A stretch of DNA of 64,000 nucleotides from Lentisphaerota bacterium (GTDB taxonomy: Bacteria; Verrucomicrobiota; Lentisphaeria; Victivallales; Victivallaceae). The DNA is taken from contig SUWH01000015.1 in NCBI GenBank assembly GCA_015061605.1, positions 2,693-66,692 of the forward strand, written 5' to 3'. Under the pieces are notes generated by a model. That model was not told the DNA's origin and made no database searches. It was given only the letters and a program-made list of their open reading frames with translations. Positions within the stretch are counted from its first letter, which is position 1. Every line of letters begins with the position of its first letter. A program made the translations under genes and the position numbers. Shown here in pieces: positions 28,395-36,492 of this stretch.

Positions 28395-30263
28395 ATGAAT
28401 TTTACTTCGCCTTATCCGGAAATAACCGGAGATACAGAGAAGCTGAGACATAACGCGGAAATCCTCACTGAACTTGCCGCCAATCGCGGAGTGGAGATCG
28501 CCGGAGTGGTGAAGTGCTGCTGCGGAGCTCCTGAAGTTGCACATGCTTTCACCGCAGGAGGTTGTCTCCAAATCGCCGACTCACGCATTCAAAATTTGCG
28601 CCGCCTCCGGCAGTGCGGGATCAATTGTCCACTATGGCTGCTGCGCATTCCGATGCCAAGTGAAGCCGAAGAAACTGTAAGGTATGCGGATTTGAGTCTC
28701 AATTCTTCCGGAGAGGTGTTGGAACTGCTTTCTCAAGCAGCGGTAAAAGCCGGCAAAATACATCAGGTCCTGCTGATGACTGATCTTGGTGACCGCCGGG
28801 AAGGTGTCCAACCCGGCGAACTGGAAAATTTATTCCGGTATGCGGAATCACTCCCCGGGATCTATCCCGCCGGGATCGGTACCAATCTGACCTGCTACGG
28901 AGGGATCATCCCGGATGAGGAAAACATGGGACTGCTGGTCGAACTTGCCCGGAAACTGGAACGGGATCTGAAGCGGAAACTGCGCTATGTGTCAGCGGGC
29001 AACAGCAGTGCTTTGAAAATGCTGCTGGAAGGCAGACTGCCGGCCGGTTTGAATCATCTCCGTTGCGGAGAATCACTTCTACTGGGCAGGGAAACCTGCA
29101 ACGGCGGGAAGATCCCCAATATGTTTTATGACGCATTCACACTTACTGCGGAAGTAATTGAAAGCACTGTAAAGCCCTCTTTCCCCGCCGGAACGATGCA
29201 GTTGAATGCATTCGGAGAAAAGCCGCAGATACCTGATTTGGGGATACGCAACCATCTGCTGCTGGGTATAGGCAGAGCGGATGTCAATTGTGACGGGATC
29301 ACTCCCCGCCGGGAAGGTATCCGTATTCTGGGGGCGAGTTCAGATCATCTTATCGCAGATGTCGAAGATTGCTCCTTGCATTTTAATGTCGGAGATACGC
29401 TGGATTTTGATTTGGAATACAGCAGTCTGCTGTCCGGAATGATTTCTCCGTATGTCAGCAAGAGGTGGCTTTCACCGGAGGAGACCCCGGATTTCAAGGG
29501 ATGGAAGATCCTCCGGACTCCTTTTTCATCAGATGAAGCTTTCAGTTCTTTTTGCCGTCTCCCGGCAGACCCGTTATTTTCAGCCTTTGCCCATCCCTGC
29601 GGCACATGTGATTCCCTTTCCTCGGTTGCGCCTGAAGTAAAAAACTGTCTGGAACAGCAAATACGTCCGCTGCTCTGGGGTGGTTCTCACCGGGTCGCAT
29701 TGGAGCTGGCGAGAGGACTTCCGTCCGGCGCGCACCGCTGCGGATGGATAATGTTTTCTGCTTACAGTGATTTTAACACCGGAGAATCCGGAGCGATCAC
29801 TCCGGAAGGCATGACCCTTTCGGCCATTTGCGGCAAAACAGTAATTTCTGAAACGCTGGAACACCCGATCCCGGAGAGGAATGTGGTTTTGATAGGAGTC
29901 CGCAGTATCGAACCACAGGAAAGATCACGCCTTCAGCATTCCGACATCCAGGTCTTTACCATGGAAGAGATCGACCGTTACTGTATATCAGAGATCATGG
30001 AACGGGCGCTGAAATATTTGAATGGGGTAAATTCTCTGGTCGTTGATTTTTCCATGAGTGTCCTTGATCCGGAATACACAACTTCGCAAGATGTTCCACC
30101 CTGCGGTCTTACCTTGCGGGAAGGTTTTTGTGCGTTGGAAATCCTCTCTGATTCCGGAAAACTTACCGGTGCAGCTCTGACCGAGATCCCCGATAACGAA
30201 ACTGCACAAAAAAATGCCGCAGCCTTGACCCGGTCTCTGCTCGGCAATAAAATTCTGCGTTGA
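28395..30263 (+). CDS. Fusion protein: alanine/ornithine-racemase-fold PLP enzyme (N) + degenerate arginase/agmatinase-fold domain (C)
   Basis: The ATG at 28395 lies 7 nt after GGAGA. The N-terminal half (IAGVVKCCCGAPEV with the PLP Lys; GTNLTCYGG; GESLLLG) looks like ornithine-racemase/YhfX-type enzymes. The C-terminal half aligns by eye to arginase motifs but with substitutions: GGSHR (GGDHS), SAYSDFNT (DAHxDxNT), DFSMSVLDP (SxDxDxxDP). Confidence 0.75.
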   Translation: MNFTSPYPEITGDTEKLRHNAEILTELAANRGVEIAGVVKCCCGAPEVAHAFTAGGCLQIADSRIQNLRRLRQCGINCPLWLLRIPMPSEAEETVRYADLSLNSSGEVLELLSQAAVKAGKIHQVLLMTDLGDRREGVQPGELENLFRYAESLPGIYPAGIGTNLTCYGGIIPDEENMGLLVELARKLERDLKRKLRYVSAGNSSALKMLLEGRLPAGLNHLRCGESLLLGRETCNGGKIPNMFYDAFTLTAEVIESTVKPSFPAGTMQLNAFGEKPQIPDLGIRNHLLLGIGRADVNCDGITPRREGIRILGASSDHLIADVEDCSLHFNVGDTLDFDLEYSSLLSGMISPYVSKRWLSPEETPDFKGWKILRTPFSSDEAFSSFCRLPADPLFSAFAHPCGTCDSLSSVAPEVKNCLEQQIRPLLWGGSHRVALELARGLPSGAHRCGWIMFSAYSDFNTGESGAITPEGMTLSAICGKTVISETLEHPIPERNVVLIGVRSIEPQERSRLQHSDIQVFTMEEIDRYCISEIMERALKYLNGVNSLVVDFSMSVLDPEYTTSQDVPPCGLTLREGFCALEILSDSGKLTGAALTEIPDNETAQKNAAALTRSLLGNKILR

Positions 30264-30298
30264 AAATAACGTTTATCACCAATTTAAGGAAGTAAAAC

Positions 30299-31240
30299 AT
30301 GAAAAACATAACTGGATTTATTCTTGGATTTCTGGCCACGGCAGCGTGGGGAAGTTTTTATATCGCAGGACGCTGGCTCTTCGGGGAAGAAGGCGAAATA
30401 AATTCCTGGCTGTTCAATTTTCTGCGCTTCGGGATGGCGACGGCGGCTCTTTCTCCGCTGCTGCTGTTTCCCGGCAACCGTCAACTGATAAAAAAAGCGT
30501 TGCATTCAGACTGGAAAAGTTTTCTGCTGATCTCATTGGTCGGAATAGTTATGGAAAGCATCTTGATATTCGGCTCGTTGAATTATACCACTGCTGCCCG
30601 GAGTTCGTTGATGGCAAACTGTTCTCCCATCGCCACCGTGATCCTGTCATATCTGCTGCTGAAACAGAAAACTCCCGGTCTGGGGATTCTGGGAATGATC
30701 ATTGGATTCAGCGGCATTGTGCTGGCCGGTTTTGCTCCCGGCGGAGACATTTATGCCGATACCGGCTTGTATTCTCTGCTCGGAGACGGGATGGCGCTCG
30801 GGTCTGGCTTCTGCTGGGCGTTTTTCACCGTTTACGGAGCAAATGTTTCCCAAAAATACGGAGGACCGGTTTGCATGTTCATCAGTTTTCTTTTTGGAAC
30901 GCTTCTGATGGTGCCGCTTTTGTTTTTCACTGTCAGCATTGCTGACTGGCAGGAATTCAGACCGCAATTATGGGCGGGAACGATTTACACCGGAGTAATC
31001 ACTCTGGCGTGGGCAAACGCCTGCTGGTACGCCGCGCTGCGCTATTTGAAACCCAATGTTCTCGGTGCATTCGGCTACCTTTCTGCCGCCATTACATTCA
31101 CCCTCTCGCTGATCGTGCTGAAAGAAAAATTTTCTGTCCTGTTTATTGTTTCCATCGTCTTGATCCTGTTTGGAATGGCCCTGCTGATGAGCAATCCGGC
31201 AAAAGGCGGATCTGCTTCAGAATCCCAAAAATGTCCATAA
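30299..31240 (+). CDS. DMT-superfamily (EamA-like) transporter
   Basis: 313 aa, about 10 hydrophobic segments, two EamA-like halves, AAGGAAG RBS. Confidence 0.85.
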   Translation: MKNITGFILGFLATAAWGSFYIAGRWLFGEEGEINSWLFNFLRFGMATAALSPLLLFPGNRQLIKKALHSDWKSFLLISLVGIVMESILIFGSLNYTTAARSSLMANCSPIATVILSYLLLKQKTPGLGILGMIIGFSGIVLAGFAPGGDIYADTGLYSLLGDGMALGSGFCWAFFTVYGANVSQKYGGPVCMFISFLFGTLLMVPLLFFTVSIADWQEFRPQLWAGTIYTGVITLAWANACWYAALRYLKPNVLGAFGYLSAAITFTLSLIVLKEKFSVLFIVSIVLILFGMALLMSNPAKGGSASESQKCP

Positions 31241-31332
31241 CCAAAAGGCAGACCGGAGAAAACGTTACTTACTGACTTCAGCGGAAAAACGATTTCTTAC
31301 GATACTCTTATCTTTTTTGAGTCAACTTCATC

Positions 31333-31360
31333 TTGAGTTTTTATCAAAATCGCCTATAAT
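31333..31360 (+). promoter_or_regulatory. Sigma70-like promoter for the Cys-rich lipoprotein gene
   Basis: TTGAGT (31333-31338), 16 nt, TATAAT (31355-31360). It is followed by a 9-bp-stem hairpin/inverted repeat GTGATGGCA-TGG-TGCCGTCAC (31373-31393) in the 5' UTR. Confidence 0.4.
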
Positions 31361-31417
31361 TATTTGTGAGAAGTGATGGCATGGTGCCGTCACCAGCAAA
31401 AAAGAGGAGATTTTGCT

Positions 31418-31822
31418 ATGAAAAAAACTCTCATGTTGTCGGCATTGACTCTCGCCATTGCCGGAGGTATCACCGGATGCGCCAACTGCGGCAGCTGCAG
31501 TAACTGCGACGAAGTGATGGAAGTCGAAGCCATGGAAGTCATCACCTGTCCGGCTTGCAAACAGAAAATCAAATGCAAGAAACATCACACCCACACTAAA
31601 GAATGCAAAAATACAACTGCATGCTGTGACCAGAGTGACAACAAAGATGCTTCTGCCACCAAAGCTGAAACCGCAAACTGCGGCGAATGCGGCAAGGAAA
31701 ACAAAGATGGTGACACCACCACCAAAGCTGAAACCGCAAACTGCGGCGAATGCGGCAAGGAAAACAAAGATGGTCAGGAAAGTCAACCCCGGACCACCGC
31801 CTCTGTCCGCAAGGTAAAATAA
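31418..31822 (+). CDS. Small Cys-rich lipoprotein with tandem repeat (possible metal-binding)
   Basis: The ATG at 31418 follows GAGGAG. Lipobox LAIAGGITGC. CxxC motifs (CANCGSCSNC, CPAC, CGEC twice). 21-aa repeat TKAETANCGECGKENKDG. Confidence 0.7.
   Translation: MKKTLMLSALTLAIAGGITGCANCGSCSNCDEVMEVEAMEVITCPACKQKIKCKKHHTHTKECKNTTACCDQSDNKDASATKAETANCGECGKENKDGDTTTKAETANCGECGKENKDGQESQPRTTASVRKVK
31658..31776 (+). repeat. Two copies of a 63-bp tandem repeat inside the Cys-rich lipoprotein gene
   Basis: ACCAAAGCTGAAACCGCAAACTGCGGCGAATGCGGCAAGGAAAACAAAGATGGT occurs at 31658 and again at 31721 with no mismatch that I can see. Confidence 0.85.
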
Positions 31823-31905
31823 TATTTCAATGTCCCGGCGACGGTATATTTTATGTACTGCTGTATCGCCGCCGGCAAATTGAATCAACATGGAGAAAAC
31901 AACTT

Positions 31906-32481
31906 ATGCAATCACTTCGTGGCAGTTGTACCGAACGAAATCTTCTGCAGAGTTTTGCCGGTGAATCCCAGGCCAGAAACCGTTACACCTATTTTGCTTC
32001 GCGCGCCAGGAAAGAGGGTTTTATGCAGATTTCCGCCATCTTTTCTGAAACCGCCGATCAGGAAAAAGAACACGCCGAACGATTTTTCAAATTCCTTGAA
32101 GGCGGAATGTTGACCGTCAATGCCGAATTTCCCGCCGGGGTCATCGGCACTACCGCCGCCAACCTCGCCGCCGCTGCCGACGGTGAATACGATGAATGGC
32201 ACCGCCTTTATCCCGGATTTGCCGAAATCGCCCGGCAGGAGGGCTATTCCGCCATCGCCGATGTCTTTGATGCGATCTGCGTTTCCGAACGTCACCACGA
32301 AAGACGTTACCGTGAATTTCTGAAAAATGTCGAAGCAAACACCGTTTTCACCCGGCCAAAACCGGTCGTCTGGAAGTGCCGCAACTGCGGTTATCTGCAT
32401 ACCGGAACCGATGCTCCGGGCGCCTGTCCGGCGTGCGCTCATGACCGCGCATATTTTGAATTATATCATTCTGAATGGTAA
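31906..32481 (+). CDS. rbr: Rubrerythrin
   Basis: The ATG at 31906 lies 8 nt after GGAGAA. TERNLLQSFAGESQARNRYTYFA...EKEHAERF (diiron four-helix bundle) plus C-terminal rubredoxin-like CRNCGY...CPACAH. Confidence 0.9.
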   Translation: MQSLRGSCTERNLLQSFAGESQARNRYTYFASRARKEGFMQISAIFSETADQEKEHAERFFKFLEGGMLTVNAEFPAGVIGTTAANLAAAADGEYDEWHRLYPGFAEIARQEGYSAIADVFDAICVSERHHERRYREFLKNVEANTVFTRPKPVVWKCRNCGYLHTGTDAPGACPACAHDRAYFELYHSEW

Positions 32482-32558
32482 TCAGCTACTCCCTGTGGGG
32501 GTTCCTGTCCGGCAGGGAGAAACTTACTTCTGTCAAAGCAAAACTAATTTTGATAAAA

Positions 32559-32599
32559 TAACATACATCTTTGATAAAATAACGTACACATTCAGATTG
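32559..32599 (+). promoter_or_regulatory. Two direct 20-bp repeats with 21-bp period upstream of the DUF4838-like gene
   Basis: TTTGATAAAATAACATACAT (32559-32578) and TTTGATAAAATAACGTACAC (32580-32599). A TATATTATAAT -10-like stretch follows about 25 nt downstream. Confidence 0.45.
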
Positions 32600-32657
32600 T
32601 ATATCTCCACTTTACTGTATATATTATAATCGTGTAACAGTAATTTGGAGGTTTTTT

Positions 32658-35540
32658 ATGAAATTGAAATCACTTTTTTTCACCCTGCTGCTGATTCTGT
32701 CGGTGACTTTGAGCGCAAAACCGCTTACTCTGGTCAAAAACGGTAAAGCAACAAGCACCATCGTCATCGCAGACGATGCAAGTGAAGTTGCAAAAACTGC
32801 CGCCGCAGAACTGGCAAAACATCTGGAACAGATTTCCGGAGCCGAACTCCCGATCGTAACTGAATCCAAAAATCCCGCCGGAACCAAAATCTATGTCGGG
32901 GCGACAAAAGCCGCCGCCGCTGCCGGATTAAGCCCGGACAAATTCCTTGAAGAAGCTTGGCAGATCAAAGCCGTCAACGGCAATCTTTTTATTGCCGGCG
33001 GTGAAAACAACGGTAAAATTTTCTATTCAAAATATGCAAAAAATGTTCCGGTAAAAAAATCTCAAGTTGCCTGGAACAATAACGGCTTCTACCGTCTGAC
33101 CCGCCGCGGTCCGATCTATGCCGTCGTCAAATTTTTGGATAAAGAACTCGGTGTCCGCTGGCTTTGGCCCGGAAAGCTCGGAACCGTTATCCCCAAAAAA
33201 TCCACCATCACCATCCCGGAAAACTATTCTCTTGCCGGCGCCCCCGCTTTCCTTTACCGCCAATACCGCATCGGCGGCGTTGTCAATGGCTATCTGCGGA
33301 ACTATTACAAATTTTCCGACGACATAAAAACGCTTTCTTTCACCGATGAGGCCCTCAAGAGCTATTATACTGACCTGACCCGTTTCCTGCTCATTCATCA
33401 GGAAGGTGATTCCCGTGCCGTCCCCGCCGCGGCATCGCACATCGATGGAGTTTCACGGAAACTGCTCAAGAAAAATCCGGCGATGTTCGCTATGCGTGAA
33501 GACGGTAAACGTACCTATTTCCACGGTCAGAGCCGCATCCGCTGGTGCCCCTCGTCTCCTGATGTGGAAAAATATTATCTTGATACCTGGGACGGAGGCG
33601 AATGGATCGGTATCGGCGAAGGTGATACCCGCGGGTACTGCCGCTGCAAACGCTGTATGGCTCTGGACAAACCGCAACCCAAAGGTTTCGCCGGTTATTC
33701 CACGACCAACCGTTACATCGATCTCGCCCGGCGCGTGCGTGAAAAAGCCTTGAAACGCAATCCGGATGTAAAAATCGCGATCCTGATGTATATGGACTAC
33801 ATCATGCCGCCGACCAATGCAACAGACCTTTCATGGATGTACGGCAAATTCGTGCCCTACGGTTCCGGAATGGACTGCAACTACCCGATGAAAGAATCCA
33901 GCCACAAACTTATCATGCAAACCTGGGACAACTGGGGCAAAACCGGCATCAAAATGAACTACCGTCCGAACTATCTCCTGACCGGCTATGCCATTCCTGC
34001 CCTCGACATCCGCCAGAGTGGAGAAATGCTCCGGCACGCTGCCGCCAACGGAATGTGCGGTTTTGACTACGATTCTCTGCGCGGCAACTGGGCGACCAAA
34101 GGTCCGATGCTTTATATGCATTTGCGTCTGGGAACTGATCCGGATATGAGCATCGCGCAGATCATGAAAGAATATTACAGCGCATTCGGTCCGGCGGCAA
34201 AGCTGATCGAAGAATATTTCAATTACTGGATCGACTATACCGCAAATGTGATCAAAGGCGGCGGGGTCGGTTTTATGGCGGCGCACACCGCAGCAGAATA
34301 CTATACCCCGGAAGTTTTCAACAAACCTGCCCGAATTCTGGAAGAAGCTCTCAAAATCGCGGAGAAATCTTCTGACAAAATCTACGCGGAACGGGTCAAA
34401 TTCATTCAGCTCGGACTCCGTCACGGCAAGCTCTGTGTTGAATTCAGTCATCTTTTCAAGAACAACAAATTCACCCCGGCCCGCGAGAAACTCAATGAGA
34501 TCATCGCTTTCCGTAAACAGTACGGTAAAACCGGGTTCGTCGATCTGGTAAATATCACAATGACTGAAGCCCGCGGCTACAAAACCATCGGCAACTTTAT
34601 GAAAGGAAAGTTCCTTCATCTGGACAACCCCGGACTTACCGCAAAAAAAGTTGATAAAAAGAGTTTCCATAAGCTTACGCTCCGCCCCAGCAAGTGGGCT
34701 CTTTCCATCAGCAAAGGCAAAAAAAGCGGTACTGCAGTGCGGAAATATTTTTCCGGAAACAACAACCACTTTGTCGAAGGTCACTTTACTGTCAAAGCAA
34801 AACTGAACAAAGTTACCAACAAAGTATCCATCTCTTTCGATGACAGAGAATATATTCTGCTCGGTACGAATGTCGCCAATAAGACTTTCAACATCACCAA
34901 ATATATCAAGGGAAAAAATCTCTTCTATTTGCGGTTTGATGCCGAAAGGACTCCCGGATCTGATATCAAAACCTCTCCGATGACGATGACGACTTACAGC
35001 TTGAATTATGCCCTCGCCAACCCGGAAGAGCAGAAAGCACGCCCCAAGGTCGATATGAGTGGAGACTGGCGGGATTTCAATCCGCAATGGGGATTCCGCA
35101 AAGACATCTTTGAAAAAGGTCTATCCAAGACTGATATGATGCCGGAAACTTTCGATATTGCCAAATGGATCAAAGTGCCCGTCCCCTCACGGTTGGATGC
35201 CACCCCCATCGGTCAATACTGCGGTTATGGTTTCTACGGATCAAAATTTACCATCCCGGCAGACTGGGCAGCGCGTGATGTTCACTTCCTCTTCCATGCG
35301 GTCGATGAACAGGCGTGGGTATATGTCAACGGCAAACAGGTGGGCGAACATTCAGAAAAATCCGAAAAGGTCGATTTCGGTGTCCTCTGGGATGAACCGT
35401 TCATCGTCAAAGTCAAAGCGGAATATCTGCGACCTGGCAAAGAAAATGTCATCGTGGTAAGGATACACAACCTCAAAGGTGCATCCGGCATCTGGAAAAA
35501 AGTCCAGTTCCGTCCGGTCGATGCATCGGCATATCTTTGA
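32658..35540 (+). CDS. DUF4838-like secreted protein with C-terminal galactose-binding-like (GH2-N-like) domain
   Basis: LTLVKNGKATSTIVIADDASEVAKTAAAELAKHLEQISGAELPIV...IYVGAT; GYCRCKRCMALD; C-terminal FHAVDEQAWVYVNGKQVGEH. Signal peptide present. Confidence 0.75.
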   Translation: MKLKSLFFTLLLILSVTLSAKPLTLVKNGKATSTIVIADDASEVAKTAAAELAKHLEQISGAELPIVTESKNPAGTKIYVGATKAAAAAGLSPDKFLEEAWQIKAVNGNLFIAGGENNGKIFYSKYAKNVPVKKSQVAWNNNGFYRLTRRGPIYAVVKFLDKELGVRWLWPGKLGTVIPKKSTITIPENYSLAGAPAFLYRQYRIGGVVNGYLRNYYKFSDDIKTLSFTDEALKSYYTDLTRFLLIHQEGDSRAVPAAASHIDGVSRKLLKKNPAMFAMREDGKRTYFHGQSRIRWCPSSPDVEKYYLDTWDGGEWIGIGEGDTRGYCRCKRCMALDKPQPKGFAGYSTTNRYIDLARRVREKALKRNPDVKIAILMYMDYIMPPTNATDLSWMYGKFVPYGSGMDCNYPMKESSHKLIMQTWDNWGKTGIKMNYRPNYLLTGYAIPALDIRQSGEMLRHAAANGMCGFDYDSLRGNWATKGPMLYMHLRLGTDPDMSIAQIMKEYYSAFGPAAKLIEEYFNYWIDYTANVIKGGGVGFMAAHTAAEYYTPEVFNKPARILEEALKIAEKSSDKIYAERVKFIQLGLRHGKLCVEFSHLFKNNKFTPAREKLNEIIAFRKQYGKTGFVDLVNITMTEARGYKTIGNFMKGKFLHLDNPGLTAKKVDKKSFHKLTLRPSKWALSISKGKKSGTAVRKYFSGNNNHFVEGHFTVKAKLNKVTNKVSISFDDREYILLGTNVANKTFNITKYIKGKNLFYLRFDAERTPGSDIKTSPMTMTTYSLNYALANPEEQKARPKVDMSGDWRDFNPQWGFRKDIFEKGLSKTDMMPETFDIAKWIKVPVPSRLDATPIGQYCGYGFYGSKFTIPADWAARDVHFLFHAVDEQAWVYVNGKQVGEHSEKSEKVDFGVLWDEPFIVKVKAEYLRPGKENVIVVRIHNLKGASGIWKKVQFRPVDASAYL

Positions 35541-35559
35541 TTTAGAAACCGGAGTGCCC

Positions 35560-35980
35560 CAGAGCATATTTCCGGTGGGAGCGGTATTCAATATGCCGGG
35601 AGCGAAGCTGCCGTCACGTTTCAAAGAGAGGCTGAATTCATCCGGTGGAGAGAGGCTGTCAGAAATATGTTTCCAATCCGGAAATCTGTAAAAATTGTGA
35701 ATTCCGGAATCAATGTACCAAAAGCAGAAATTATACAAAAGTTGTAACCCGTCATATTTGGGAAAAACACAAGGAACAGATAACCCGAAACCGATATTTG
35801 GAACAAGGTAAAAAGATATACGCCCGGCGAAAAGAAACAGTTGAGCGAAGTTTTGCCGATGCAAAACAGCTGCACAGACACCGATACGCAAGATTCAGAG
35901 GATTAAAAAGAGTCACCGGACAATGCCTCTTGGCGGCAGCGTGTCAAAATCTCAAGAAAATCGTTTTTGCAGTGGCATAA
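35560..35980 (+). pseudogene. Truncated, frameshifted C-terminal remnant of an IS1182/IS5-superfamily DDE transposase
   Basis: 35645..35980 reads ...NPEICKNCEFRNQCTKSRNYTKVVTRHIWE...RRKETVERSFADAKQLHRHRYARFRGLKRVTGQCLLAAACQNLKKI, the typical C-terminal end of IS1182-type transposases. An upstream piece (MPGAKLPSRFKERLNSSG) is in another frame. No N-terminal catalytic part is present, and the remnant starts right after the stop at 35540. Confidence 0.7.
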
Positions 35981-36026
35981 GAGTGCTTTTTTCTCATTTT
36001 TTGATCACATTTTAACGGTTTACGAC

Positions 36027-36309
36027 CACAGCTGTCTCATAAAAAACAACCGACGGCGGCGCATTGCGGGCAATCTCGCGCCTTGCTTCGCTCGCCGCTC
36101 GGGTCGAGTACAATCGTACACTCCTCTCGCTTCTCGCTTGCAAAACCCGACCTTGCCTCGCACTGCATCCGCCGACTGGAAACAGGCAGTTTCGAGCGCA
36201 ACTGCTTCGGGCAGGAAAATCTGCCAAAATCACTTTTTCAAAAATCAAAATTCTCTCGCTTGAATGCAGAGGGAATACCCGCTTTTTGAAAAATTATGGG
36301 ATATCTGTG
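36027..36309. mobile_element. 283-bp MITE (copy A) with imperfect terminal inverted repeats and 9-bp target-site duplication
   Basis: Ends are CACAGCTGTCTCATAA... and ...TTATGGGATATCTGTG, 13 of 16 complementary. Identical GTTTACGAC lies at 36018-36026 and 36310-36318. No plausible ORF. The central 190 nt or so are nearly identical to copy B. Confidence 0.75.
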
Positions 36310-36364
36310 GTTTACGACAAAATTTTTTAAATTTTCCAGAGAATCACAGATAAAATCTGCTTTT

Positions 36365-36420
36365 CGTAAAAAGATAAAACCGCGTATTTTGATGTGTTTC
36401 AAAAAATACACGGTTTTATC
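36365..36420 (-). terminator. Rho-independent terminator of the GH20 operon
   Basis: 18-bp stem (36373-36390 with 36403-36420, one mismatch), 12-nt loop, followed on the minus strand by CTTTTTAC. It lies about 75 nt after the stop at 36493. Confidence 0.7.
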
Positions 36421-36492
36421 AACAGTCTGAATAACTTTTAACAAAAGTTATCAACTTTTCACAAAATCCGGGACATCAGCTTTCAATTATAC

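Noticed and set aside
31328-31891. 187-aa minus-strand ORF with an internal peptide repeat. The analogous 163-aa ORF 50771..51262 has repeated AASVPIFMGVT.
   Set aside because: The repeats are simply the antisense reading of the tandem DNA repeats in the Cys-rich lipoprotein gene and the NifX-like gene. The sense-strand genes have strong RBSs and recognisable features (a lipobox and a NifX domain).
33831-35087. 418-aa minus-strand ORF.
   Set aside because: It is antisense to 32658..35540, which has a signal peptide, the GYCRCKRC motif and a galactose-binding-like C-terminus. It shows no motif, no RBS and a composition typical of antisense frames.
35967-36330. ORFs of 68-98 aa in several frames across MITE copy A, with the mirrored set at 50378..50786 across copy B.
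   Set aside because: They are open in multiple overlapping frames on both strands, as expected for GC-rich palindromic repeat DNA. They have no RBS and mostly non-ATG starts, and they begin or end outside the element boundaries. I treat them as non-coding parts of the repeat.
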